A stretch of 63,539 nucleotides of DNA, filler included, from Mycoplasmatota bacterium (GTDB taxonomy: Bacteria; Bacillota_I; Bacilli_A; RF39; UBA660): NCBI GenBank assembly GCA_012727915.1. It is 7 parts of 7 records of this genome, joined end to end, with 100 filler letters (N's around TTAATTAATTAA, not from the genome) between each part and the next. Parts side by side here need not be neighbours in the genome. Positions count along the whole stretch, not along the records: positions 35,403 to 51,461 come from JAAYGD010000051.1; positions 51,562 to 61,569 come from JAAYGD010000053.1; 5 more parts are not named here. One strand, given 5' to 3'. The position numbers and the translations under genes are program-made. This document shows, one piece after another, positions 41,767-51,956 of the stretch (position 1 is its first letter; each line of letters starts with the position of its first letter). The notes under the pieces were generated by a model. That model worked only from the letters and a program-made list of their open reading frames with translations, was not told the DNA's origin and made no database searches.

Positions 41767-43305
41767 ATGGAAACATTTTTCAGATTTTTATTTGAAATGC
41801 TAACCACATTCTTTAGTGGTTTAGTTCATGTTGTTAAAGCAATTATTGCTTCTTTTGGAATGACTTTTAATTTTAAGTCATATTCTTCTATAGTCAGTTT
41901 TTATAAAAAAGATTTTTCTGGAATGGAATGGGTTTTTGTTGGTCTTGCTATATTGATAATGGTTATAATTGTTGCGGGTATTATATTTTTATTATTAATT
42001 TTAGTTAAAAAATATATTAGATTAAGAAAAACACTAGTAGAACAAGAGACCTTGCTAGAAGAATTAGCGGAGCTTAATAATCAAGTAGTTAATCTTATGA
42101 AAGAAAAAGAAGATATATTAGCAATGAAAGTATCACAATTAGGTCTTAAACCTAATGAATCATCTACTATTGAAGAAAATAAGGATGAAGAAAATAAAGA
42201 AGGAGAAGAAGAGCTATCTGATGAAAACATTAGATTCTCTAAATTACATTCTATAGATAAACAATATATTAATTATAAAGTTGAAGATTATGGTAATGCT
42301 TTTACATTGGTTGAATTAGTTGATATGTTTAGAAATTTTGCTGCTGGTCAATTAGGGTTGTTTTATAAAGAAGAAATGATTAGATTATTTATTTCTGCTT
42401 TAGCTTCCACTAAATTGATAATATTACAAGGTATATCTGGAACCGGAAAAACTTCATTAGCGTATGCTTGGGGAAAATTTTTAAGTAATGATTCATGTGT
42501 AGCCTCAGTTCAACCTTCATGGAGAGATAGAACTGAAGTTTTCGGATATTTCAATGAATTTACCAAAAAATTTAATGAAACAGATGTTTTAAAAGAAATA
42601 TATAAAGCTGGTTATACTGATGATGTTTATACAGTAATACTAGATGAGATGAATATATCGAGAGTTGAGTACTACTTTGCGGAAATGTTATCTATTCTAG
42701 AAATGCCTAACAAAGACGAATGGATTATTGAATTAGTAGCAAGTTCATGGGATAGTGATCCAAAGAATATAATAAATGGCAAGTTGAAAATAGTTCCTAA
42801 TGTTTGGTATATTGGTACAATTAATAATGATGACTCGACATTTATGGTTACTGATAAGGTATACGATAGAGCAATGCCAATAGATATAAATGAAAAAGGA
42901 CAAGTATTTAAACCTAGAGAAGTGTTACCGCAAAAAATTAATTATAAATATTTAAACGGTCTTTTCGAAGAAGCCATGAATTCTTATAGTGTTTCAGAAG
43001 ACACTTTAGATAAAATCGAAAAAATGGATGATTATGTAATACAGCATTTCAGAATAGCTTTTGGTAACCGTATTGTTAGTCATATGAAGAAATTTGTGCC
43101 TGTATATATGGCTTGTGGTGGGGAAGAACTTGATGGTGTTGATTACTTTATAGCAAGAAAAATATTAAGAAAATTTGAGCAATTAAATATTTCATATATT
43201 AGAGATGAAGTCGATGGATATATTGAATTTTTAGATACGACATTTGGAAAAGGTAAAATGAAGGAATGTATCGAATATCTATTAAGACTTAAGAAGAATA
43301 CATAA
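41767..43305 (+). CDS. Membrane-anchored coiled-coil McrB-family AAA+ GTPase
   Basis: Two N-terminal hydrophobic segments, coiled coil, acidic linker; ILQGISGTGKTS, VQPSW, ILDEMNISRVEYYFAE, GTINNDDST, TDKVYDRA, FGNRI. Confidence 0.9.
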   Translation: METFFRFLFEMLTTFFSGLVHVVKAIIASFGMTFNFKSYSSIVSFYKKDFSGMEWVFVGLAILIMVIIVAGIIFLLLILVKKYIRLRKTLVEQETLLEELAELNNQVVNLMKEKEDILAMKVSQLGLKPNESSTIEENKDEENKEGEEELSDENIRFSKLHSIDKQYINYKVEDYGNAFTLVELVDMFRNFAAGQLGLFYKEEMIRLFISALASTKLIILQGISGTGKTSLAYAWGKFLSNDSCVASVQPSWRDRTEVFGYFNEFTKKFNETDVLKEIYKAGYTDDVYTVILDEMNISRVEYYFAEMLSILEMPNKDEWIIELVASSWDSDPKNIINGKLKIVPNVWYIGTINNDDSTFMVTDKVYDRAMPIDINEKGQVFKPREVLPQKINYKYLNGLFEEAMNSYSVSEDTLDKIEKMDDYVIQHFRIAFGNRIVSHMKKFVPVYMACGGEELDGVDYFIARKILRKFEQLNISYIRDEVDGYIEFLDTTFGKGKMKECIEYLLRLKKNT

Positions 43306-43308
43306 TGG

Positions 43309-44451
43309 GTGAGCGCTATGGATGAATTAAAAGTATTTGAATTATATAATGATTCTAACGATAAGAAAAAGAAAGATTTTTGGAAAACTGCCGATACTTC
43401 AATGGAGTTAACACATAATTATGAAAGAAATATTGTTGATGATAAATGGATTACTTTAATGGAAGATACTATACGTTATTTAGATAATATCTTAAGAAAT
43501 CCAAATAGATTTATTATGAACGAAGAAGAAGTAGTTAAAATAGAGTTAGCTAGAAGAATAACCGTTGATAGTATTAAGCATTTATCTAGAAATACAAATT
43601 TAATTCAAGAATTTGATTTGGAAACCGGGGATGTTATGCCCTCAAAAATACTAAACATAAATAAAGAAGAGAATTATAATACCTATGAAAATAGATTTAT
43701 ATATAGTTTGATAAGAAATATGAGAACATATATAGATATGAAAAAGAAAAAATTAAATATTGGTTTTAAAGAAAAAAGCGATAAACTTATGAGTTATCAA
43801 GGAAAATCTAAAGTAGGAAAAGAAAACGTAAGTATTAATGTAATGTATAAATCAGCATTAGATAAAAGCGATTCTGATGAGGATAGTATTGAAAAAAGAA
43901 TTGCAAAACTTGAGATGAGAGTAAGAGATTTAATGAACACCGATTTATATAAAACCATTGATAAATTGAGAATTAGTTTGATAATGTCTCCTATTAAAAA
44001 AACAAATTTAATTTTAAAAAATACAAATTTTCAATTTGCAGTAAAATTATGGAATTTCTTGCAAGAAAATGCGGAAGATGAAACAAAGATAGACTCTGGT
44101 AATAATGTTTTAAATAATGATGAAGAATTAAAAAAATTAATGGATGAAACTTTTATGTTGAATTATCTTGTTGTTAATTCAATTGAAAAGGATGATGATG
44201 AAGAAGAAAAACAAAAGAAAATATCTAAAGTTCTAATTAATAATTTAATTCAAAAATTAGTATTATCAAGCGAAAATATGTCAAAGAAAGAACTTAATCA
44301 AGCTATATCAGAACAATATAAAATGATAAAAAATCAAACTTTGGCAGATGAAAAAGAAATTGCAAAAATATTTAAGATGGCAATTAATGAATATACAAAG
44401 TCTATAGTAAATTTGAAATTGAGAGGTAAAAATGCAAAAACTAATAAATAA
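43309..44451 (+). CDS. McrC-like DUF2357 protein without recognisable PD-(D/E)xK nuclease
   Basis: GTG start 3 bp after GTPase; I.RNP.RF, SIKHL, ENYNTYENRFIYSL, NTNFQFAVKLWNFL; acidic helical C-terminus. Confidence 0.8.
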   Translation: MSAMDELKVFELYNDSNDKKKKDFWKTADTSMELTHNYERNIVDDKWITLMEDTIRYLDNILRNPNRFIMNEEEVVKIELARRITVDSIKHLSRNTNLIQEFDLETGDVMPSKILNINKEENYNTYENRFIYSLIRNMRTYIDMKKKKLNIGFKEKSDKLMSYQGKSKVGKENVSINVMYKSALDKSDSDEDSIEKRIAKLEMRVRDLMNTDLYKTIDKLRISLIMSPIKKTNLILKNTNFQFAVKLWNFLQENAEDETKIDSGNNVLNNDEELKKLMDETFMLNYLVVNSIEKDDDEEEKQKKISKVLINNLIQKLVLSSENMSKKELNQAISEQYKMIKNQTLADEKEIAKIFKMAINEYTKSIVNLKLRGKNAKTNK

Positions 44452-45001
44452 TAAAGTATTTAGATATACATGGAAAACTATAAAAACAATCATTTCTATA
44501 TTTATAGTATTGGTTATTGGAGTTATAATAACTCAAAGAGTTTTTAACAATAATGTTGCGGTATTTGGATATAGAATATTTACTGTTGCAACAGGAAGCA
44601 TGGAACCCGAATATAAAGTATTAGATATTATATTTGTTAGAGAAGTTGAACCGGATACTTTAAAAATTGGTGATGATTTAGTATATATGGGAAAAGAAGG
44701 GGATTTTCAAAACAAAATTATTACACATAGAATTATCGACATAATAAAAGAAGAAAACAATTTTTCTTTTAAAACAAAAGGTATAGCTAATCCAACAGAA
44801 GATCCAATTATAAATGAAGATCAATTGTTTGGGAAAGTTATGTATAAATCAAAAGTCTTAAGTTTTATAAACAAAATAATAAATAATCCTGTTGGGTTTT
44901 ATTTGTTAATAGTTTTGCCGGTTGCTATACTAATATTTTTAGAAATATTAGATAGATTTAAAGAAAAAGAGGTAATAGTAGAAGAAGATGGAAAAGAATA
45001 A
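44432..45001 (+). CDS. sipW: Signal peptidase I, SipW type (S26B)
   Basis: VATGSMEP, KIGDD, ITHRI, TKGIANPTED; N- and C-terminal TMs. Confidence 0.9.
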   Translation: MQKLINNKVFRYTWKTIKTIISIFIVLVIGVIITQRVFNNNVAVFGYRIFTVATGSMEPEYKVLDIIFVREVEPDTLKIGDDLVYMGKEGDFQNKIITHRIIDIIKEENNFSFKTKGIANPTEDPIINEDQLFGKVMYKSKVLSFINKIINNPVGFYLLIVLPVAILIFLEILDRFKEKEVIVEEDGKE

Positions 45002-45584
45002 AGACGCAATAAAAATACTTAAAAAAAGTATGCGATTGAAAGTTTTGCTATTATTAGGAATAATGCTAACTTTCAATACTTTTGCGTGGTTTGTTTATTC
45101 TAATACTATTAATAATACTATATCAACATATGTTAAAGCATGGAGAATTGAGTTTGAAAGTGGAGAAGAAATAATTGAACTAATTGAGTTTGAAATAGAT
45201 GACTTGTATCCCGGAATGACAGAATATACTAATTTTATAAACGTCGTAAACTATGGAGATACCTCTGCATCTCTTTCTTATGAAATTGTAGACATAAAAA
45301 TATTAACTGATACATATTCTTCCCCAACTTATTCAAGTTCTGTTTTAGAGGGGATGCTATTAAATGATTATCCTTTTGTTATTGAGTTTTCTTTATCTGA
45401 AACTGTTTTGCCTCCATTGATTGGAACTTCAGATTTTACTGTAACTGTAAATTGGCCTTATGAAGGTGGTAATGATGCTGAAGATACACAATGGGGACAC
45501 GACTCTTATTCTTTTAAAGAGTTATATCCGGCAGAAACTGAAATAGTAATAAATGTTAAACTGCATGCTAACCAAGTTAATTAG
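44988..45584 (+). CDS. TasA/CalY-like secreted subunit with SipW-class signal
   Basis: NTFA/WF signal; DLYPG, VVNYGD, VNWPYEGGNDAEDT. Confidence 0.7.
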   Translation: MEKNKDAIKILKKSMRLKVLLLLGIMLTFNTFAWFVYSNTINNTISTYVKAWRIEFESGEEIIELIEFEIDDLYPGMTEYTNFINVVNYGDTSASLSYEIVDIKILTDTYSSPTYSSSVLEGMLLNDYPFVIEFSLSETVLPPLIGTSDFTVTVNWPYEGGNDAEDTQWGHDSYSFKELYPAETEIVINVKLHANQVN

Positions 45585-46164
45585 TGATTTGAGTAAAACC
45601 TAAATTAACTGTTAAAATTGCTTTACCTAGATTGATAGAAGCCATGGTGTCATCACTATTATCCATTAATTCTGTTAAAGAATCATCCCAAGTCATATAT
45701 ATTCTTAACGTTTTTGTTCTTACGGGATTACTTAATAGAACTGAACCATTTATATCTAGAGAACCTGAAAGTGGAATTACAGATCCACCATTTTCGGAAT
45801 ATCCCGTAACTTGTAAATCGGTTACAGCACTAGATAAACTAATTTCAGTAGATACTTCATATGAAAATGAAACATCAACATTTGTATAATCTATAACTAA
45901 ATCAAAATATCCTTCTGATAATGGTGCCATAGTACCATCTTTTACATGTTGATTAGTTATTATAGTAGGAGTTATTACATTGGTAATAAAAGAATCGGAA
46001 ATTATATCTTGATTATTTATACTAATTTGCCATCTTGATATATCAACATTTGCGTCTCCCGTTGCTTGAGTAATATATTTAGCGTAAGTATCTTGTACAA
46101 AATTAATCAATAGAAAAAGAGATAAACATGCAATAATTAGTTTAAATTTACTTAAATTATACAT
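45577..46164 (-). CDS. TasA/CalY-like secreted subunit with SipW-class signal, opposite strand
   Basis: DTYA/KY signal; MAPLSEGYF; MTWDD...MDNSDDT; AAGGGG RBS. Confidence 0.7.
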   Translation of the reverse strand: MYNLSKFKLIIACLSLFLLINFVQDTYAKYITQATGDANVDISRWQISINNQDIISDSFITNVITPTIITNQHVKDGTMAPLSEGYFDLVIDYTNVDVSFSYEVSTEISLSSAVTDLQVTGYSENGGSVIPLSGSLDINGSVLLSNPVRTKTLRIYMTWDDSLTELMDNSDDTMASINLGKAILTVNLGFTQITN

Positions 46165-46184
46165 AATATCGCCCCTTTTCTTAA

Positions 46185-46204
46185 CTAAATGTTAACACAT
46201 TTAG
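46185..46204. promoter_or_regulatory. Inverted repeat in divergent promoter region (candidate operator or UTR hairpin)
   Basis: CTAAATGT-TAAC-ACATTTAG. Confidence 0.4.
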
Positions 46205-46291
46205 GGCTGTAAAATAATTAAAAATTTTTAAATTATACGCTATGTTTACGTTTTATAATAAAAAAATAAAAAAATTATTGTTTTTGTTTTG

Positions 46292-46320
46292 TTGAAAAAA
46301 CCTTAAAATTGTGGTATTCT
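46292..46320 (+). promoter_or_regulatory. SigA promoter for the 46349-48051 genes
   Basis: TTGAAA-17 bp-TATTCT with TG extended -10. Confidence 0.55.
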
Positions 46321-46348
46321 TAATTAGTATAGAATATAGGAGTTAAGT

Positions 46349-47059
46349 ATGGCAGTTAGTACTGTAAAAGTTACAGCAAAACATATAAAAAAAAGAGAAA
46401 AAAGAATAAAGAAATTAATTATCTTAATAATTATTTTATTTTTGTTTTTATTGATAGTATTTGCCGTATTATCTCTTTTTTATAGAGGTGGAGATTTTGT
46501 TATAACATTAGATCCAAATTTAGCGCTAAAAAGTGGTTTGAAAATGTTTGATGAAGAAGAATTAAAACATGATAGATTGAAATTTTATGCTAAAGGATTA
46601 GAATTTATGGATAATATATCTATAAATTGGTTACCTAAAGATATTGATAATCATAAGGGTGGTTCACACAATGGAGAAAATTATATTGCATATACTTTCT
46701 ATTTAGAGAACAATGGAGATAAACCAGCTGATTATTGGTATGAGCTTGTTATCGAAGACGTAATAAAGAATATTGATGATGCAATAAGAATAATGATTAT
46801 ACAAAATAAAGAAAGAGTTGTTTATGCTAAAATAAATGATGTTACTAAAAAAGAGGAAAAAGATACTGTTGCGTTTTATTCTAATGAACAAGCGATAATT
46901 GAACAAAGAAAGGCTTTGAAAGTAGGAGATACTGATAAATATACAATTGTAATATGGTTAGAAGGAGACGATCCTGATTGTTTAGACCATTTAATTGGTG
47001 GAGAAATTAAAATTAGTATGAGAATTATTGAAAGCCATATAGATTTAAAGGGGAGATAA
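46349..47059 (+). CDS. Membrane-anchored TasA-fold-like protein
   Basis: N-terminal TM; YTFYLENNGD, DAIRIMI, YTIVIWLEGDDPDC. Confidence 0.65.
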   Translation: MAVSTVKVTAKHIKKREKRIKKLIILIIILFLFLLIVFAVLSLFYRGGDFVITLDPNLALKSGLKMFDEEELKHDRLKFYAKGLEFMDNISINWLPKDIDNHKGGSHNGENYIAYTFYLENNGDKPADYWYELVIEDVIKNIDDAIRIMIIQNKERVVYAKINDVTKKEEKDTVAFYSNEQAIIEQRKALKVGDTDKYTIVIWLEGDDPDCLDHLIGGEIKISMRIIESHIDLKGR

Positions 47060-47062
47060 TAT

Positions 47063-48037
47063 ATGAAGAGAAAAAAATATATTATGTTTTTATGGTTGTT
47101 TTTAACGGCATTATTGCTATCTACAACTACTTTTGCATGGTTATCTGCAAACAGAATATTTGAAATAAATACGTTTGATATACAAATTGTATCTAAAGGT
47201 GGTTTAGAAATATCAGCAGATGGAAAAACATGGAAGGGTGTGCTTGGAATGCTTGATCTTTATGATGCAAATGAAACATATCCTAATAATCTAAATCAAA
47301 TACCGGATACTATAAAACCTGTATCAAGCGGTGGTCAAATCGAAGATGGATTGTTAAAACTTTATTATGGGCAATCTAGTCAAGGATATGATGGAGATTA
47401 TTATTTATCTTCTCAAAGAACTATTGAAAAAACATCTTTTGGATACGATCCTGATGCTAATTTTGTTGTATTTGATTTATTTTTAAAAACATCTTTTAAA
47501 AGAACTTTAAAGTTAGATTCTTTATCAAAAATTAGTATTATTGATGGCGAAGGAAGAGGAATAACAAATGCATTTAGAGTTGCGTTTTTAAATGAAGGAA
47601 ATGCTCAAAATAATGATGCTATAAGTACAATACAAAATTTAAAAAAAGCAACAAAAGCATATATTTGGGAACCAAATTATGATACGCATACATTAATTGC
47701 GGTAGAACATGCAAGAGATTTATATAATATAAATACACAAGAAACAAATGCTTCGAAAATAGAATATCATGGAATCATTAATAATTTTAGTAGAAGTAGT
47801 AATGTAAAAACAAAAGAAGCAAATTCAAATTATTATCCTAATTTATTTGTAAAAGTACCAATAGATATATATACAACTAGAAATAATGAATCAGTAAATA
47901 AAATATTTGAAATTGAATCTGGAATAACTAAAGTTAGGATATATGTTTGGATTGAAGGCCAAGATGTAGATTGCGAAAATAATGCTGCATCAGTAAATGT
48001 TTCAATAGATTTACATTTTATAGCAGAACAATCATAA
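47063..48037 (+). CDS. Secreted protein with SipW-class signal, TasA-fold-like
   Basis: STTTFA/WLSAN signal; FDLFLK, NAFRVAF, RIYVWIEGQDVDCEN. Confidence 0.7.
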   Translation: MKRKKYIMFLWLFLTALLLSTTTFAWLSANRIFEINTFDIQIVSKGGLEISADGKTWKGVLGMLDLYDANETYPNNLNQIPDTIKPVSSGGQIEDGLLKLYYGQSSQGYDGDYYLSSQRTIEKTSFGYDPDANFVVFDLFLKTSFKRTLKLDSLSKISIIDGEGRGITNAFRVAFLNEGNAQNNDAISTIQNLKKATKAYIWEPNYDTHTLIAVEHARDLYNINTQETNASKIEYHGIINNFSRSSNVKTKEANSNYYPNLFVKVPIDIYTTRNNESVNKIFEIESGITKVRIYVWIEGQDVDCENNAASVNVSIDLHFIAEQS

Positions 48038-48050
48038 AAAGGAGGTTAAA

Positions 48051-51000
48051 ATGAAAAAGATAAATAAAGCATATTTAAATATATTTATTTTATCTGTTTT
48101 CTTTTTAATTTTAATAGCATTTGCTGTTAGATTCGTTTTAACGTTGGGAGATTTAAATTCACCATATATTATTGATATTGATCAAGACTTAAGTGGAGTA
48201 TATGACAATTTAGTGGTAGTAGATGATAGAAATAGGGATTATTTCTATTACAAAGGGTTAAATTATACTGAAAGTTCTAATGGTTTATTACCATCAGGTA
48301 CAAATCAAAATATATATCCAGATTCAAAATTGGTGGATACAACAGTTATATATAATTCTACCGATCTAAATACTTCGTTTAAAGGTTATGTTTCATTAAC
48401 TGAGTTGCAAGACGAGTATGAATATAATAAATTTTATCCAGTAAATGATAACGGTACTCCCGCAACGTATACTGATGATTATATAGTAATAGAGTTAATT
48501 GAAAATCCTTATACGAATAGACCAACCGACAAAGGGTTTAATGGATGGTATACATCATATGAAGGAGTAGAAATAAGTTATGATAATAATTATTACTTAA
48601 GATATGCTAAGGTACCAATAACATATGATTCTGGATATCCAGAAGTTCTAGAAATAGAATTTAATGCTTCTTGGATAAGCGCGAAAGTTGCAATGATGTC
48701 AAGTCATTCTTGGACTTCCGCGTTTAATGTTTTAGATTCAAAACAAATGACTGAAATTGATACTTTTTATGAAGCTTGGGTCCCTTACGACATGGCTGGA
48801 TATTTTCATCAAGTTTATATTTCAAGAAATCAAAGTCAAGCAGGATATTACGATGTTAACGGAGTACTTCTAAGCGGAAGATGTCGAACACAGGGTGGGT
48901 GTGTGCTTTATCAATTAATAACAAGCGAACCTTTTGATCCTTTATCAACTTATTATGAATTATTAGGTGGAGTAATGACCCTTGTAAATAATGGAACCAT
49001 TCCTCCTCCCACGAATGTTTCATATTATTTAAATGATTTTGATGCTACTTATAATATGGCAGGATTTTATAGACAAGTAACAATTCCAAATGGAAATTCT
49101 ATTTCAGGATATTACAATAGTACCGGAGTAATTCAAACTGGTAACTGTGGTACCTGGGGCGGTTGTATTCTTTATGAACTGATTAATTACTATGACTCGC
49201 TCGGAGTAGAAGAAACAATAGATACGAGTGTGACATATTATTATATGGTAACTAGAGATACAAATATTATTGTATTAAACACAACATATACTACAATATG
49301 GGGTACGGGGGGGAATAAACCATTTACATTTACAAGTGTTCACAATGGAACCGATTACAGATCAAGTGGCGTTTATTGGAATGTTGCTTCGTTAATTATT
49401 AGAATATATAATGATGTTAATATTGAAAATATGTATATTAGAACAACATCAAATGTAAACAACACTGCACCTTCTAGTAGTACAAGTAGTTATAGATACT
49501 TATATGGAAATTGGAATAACGTAAGAATAGGAAGAGGAATAACTAGAAATGGAAATTATGTAAATTTTGAAACAATATTAGGAGGGGGTAACAACTCTAT
49601 AGGAAGCAGGGGAAATACTAAAAAATACAGATTGATTGTAGAATCAGGTAGATACTCTTCTTTTTCATTGGGAAATGGAAGCGTTGGAACTTCTTATACA
49701 AATTATATTGAAGCTAAAGGAATTTATGGAAACGATTATGATAGAGCAACATCTAATAATTCAAACTTACAATTATATTATTGCGCATCAGGAACTTGGG
49801 GAGGAAGAGTATATGCTTCTTCAAATTCAGCTAGGATTGTGGATTTAATTGTTAAAAGTGGAGATTTTGGATATGGTGAGTATGATTATACAACCGGAAT
49901 ATATGTAGGAGGAAGACAAGGCGGAACTCACTATGCAGCAAGAGCAGCAAAAATCGAAGGAGGAGTAATATATAACCTTATTGGTGGGCCTTTATCAGAT
50001 TCTAGTATGTCAAATTACAATGACTCATATATTTCTATGGTTGGGGGACAAGTAGGTGTAATAATTGGAGGAGCTGGTACAACCGCTACCTATGGAAACA
50101 GAATTATCCAAGTAACAGGAGGTTTAGTAAATTATAGTGTATTTGGAGGTTCAAACGGTTACCAAGGAACCGGTTCTGATGGAACAGTAATTGGGAGTTC
50201 CTTTATGTATATAGGAGGTAACTCAACAATTGGAAGTGATTATAACGTTGCTAATAATATTACTATTTATGGAGCTGAATCTGGTTCAGTTTTTGGCATA
50301 GGAAATGGAAGATCCGGATATTCATCAATTGGGTCTTCTAGTAGTTCTAACGTAATAATAGGAAATAGTACTACAATAAAAAGAAATGTTTATGGTGGCG
50401 GAAATTTTGGGGCAGTAGGCATTTCGAGTGGATCAAATACTACTTCAACGAATATTACCATTAATGGTGGAACGATAGAAGGATCCGTTTATGGCGGTGG
50501 AAATAATAATGGAGCTGGAAATGCAACTGTAACAGCTACCGTTAATATAGAAGTTAATGGGGGAGAAATAGCAGAGGCAATATATGGTGGAAGTAATACT
50601 TTAGGAAGCATATATGGTGATGTAAATTTAAGTGTAATCGGTGGGACGATAGGAGACTCTATTTATGGAGGAGGAAAAGGTGGATATCAAAATACAACTG
50701 CTTACGGAACATATGTAAGAGATGAAATTAATATAATCATTGGAGATACCGATTCAATACCTATTGTTACAAATAATATATATGGAGGAAGTGCATATGG
50801 TAGTGTTAATACTATCTCACAAACTCCAACTCTTTCAACTAATGGAATAAATATGACGATAGGTAATGTTAAAATATTAGGTTCTGTTTTTGGAGGTAAT
50901 AAAGGAGCAGTGGGATATACTCCTCGTGTTGCAGGGAATATTGAAATTACTGTAAATGACGGAACAATTCCAAATTTATTTGGAGGTAATGACCTTTCTG

Positions 51001-51461
51001 GTACTTTACTTGGAGATTCAACATTATATTTAAACGACGGAACAATTACTAATGTATATGGTGGAGGTAATCAAGTTCAGGCCAACACCACAAATATATT
51101 TTTACAAGGTTCAAATGTTGGAAGCATGTATGGTGGATCAAATCAAAGTGGAGATGTTGACGAATCGAATATAACTTTATCGAGTGGTAATTGTACTACT
51201 GTATATGGTGGAAATAATGTTGGTGGAGAAACTGAAATTACAAATATTACAGTCAACGGGGGAACTTATACAACAATTTATGGAGGAGGAAATTTAGCCC
51301 CTTCAGTAACAACTAATATCATTGTAAATGGAGGAAGTTCAACAACAATTTATGGAGGAGGAAAGATAGCCGCTGTCGACACAACAAATGTTACTTTAAA
51401 TGCTGCAACTATTCCAACTGTTTATGGTGGTGGAGAAAATGCAGATGTTACGGTTAGTTCA
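48051..51461 (+). CDS. Giant surface protein/adhesin with Gly-rich YGGG beta-helix repeats, 3' truncated (>1130 aa)
   Basis: N-terminal TM; duplicated Cys-pair module; many (I/V)(Y/F)GG(G/S/N) + TNITVNGG repeats to the contig end. Confidence 0.85.
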
Positions 51462-51561
51462 NNNNNNNNNNNNNNNNNNNNNNNNNNNNNNNNNNNNNNN
51501 NNNNNTTAATTAATTAANNNNNNNNNNNNNNNNNNNNNNNNNNNNNNNNNNNNNNNNNNNN
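51462..51561. other. Artificial contig spacer
   Basis: N44-TTAATTAATTAA-N44. Confidence 0.99.
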
Positions 51562-51563
51562 AA

Positions 51564-51941
51564 GGTATAATCTTTAACCCTTTAATTAGCAATTTAGAAC
51601 CACTTGGTTTTTTCGAATATAATGCTTTACAAATGAATGCCTTTTGTGTTTTATCGGATAGTGGTACTGTTCCAGAAGAAAGCGCTATACTTAATTTTCC
51701 TGGTATTTCTATGAGGACAAGCACTGAAAGACCAGAAGCTTTAGATGCTGGAAGTATTGTACTGGGTGGAAATGATGAATTTAATATGCTAAGTTCCATT
51801 GAGATTGCTGTTAGTTCTTTTGTTTCTGACCGTAAAAATCCCGTTAGAGATTATCAAGATTTAAATGTAAGTGAAAAAGTAGTAAAAATAATTCAAAGTT
51901 ATTATAATATTGTTAATGAAAGAACTTGGAGAAAAAAGTAA
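51564..51941 (+). CDS. UDP-N-acetylglucosamine 2-epimerase (WecB/FnlC-like), 5' truncated
   Basis: PLGFFEY..LQ, VLSDSGTVPEE, RTSTERPE, VSEKVVKIIQSY. Confidence 0.9.
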   Translation, partial: GIIFNPLISNLEPLGFFEYNALQMNAFCVLSDSGTVPEESAILNFPGISMRTSTERPEALDAGSIVLGGNDEFNMLSSIEIAVSSFVSDRKNPVRDYQDLNVSEKVVKIIQSYYNIVNERTWRKK

Positions 51942-51956
51942 AATAAAGGAGTTAAC

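Noticed and set aside
41767..44451. Canonical McrBC type IV restriction system
   Set aside because: No DNA-reader domain, no visible nuclease motif, membrane anchor present, and non-defence context
45560..46348. Invertible (phase-variable) cassette around the minus-strand subunit
   Set aside because: No flanking inverted repeats or recombinase gene found by eye
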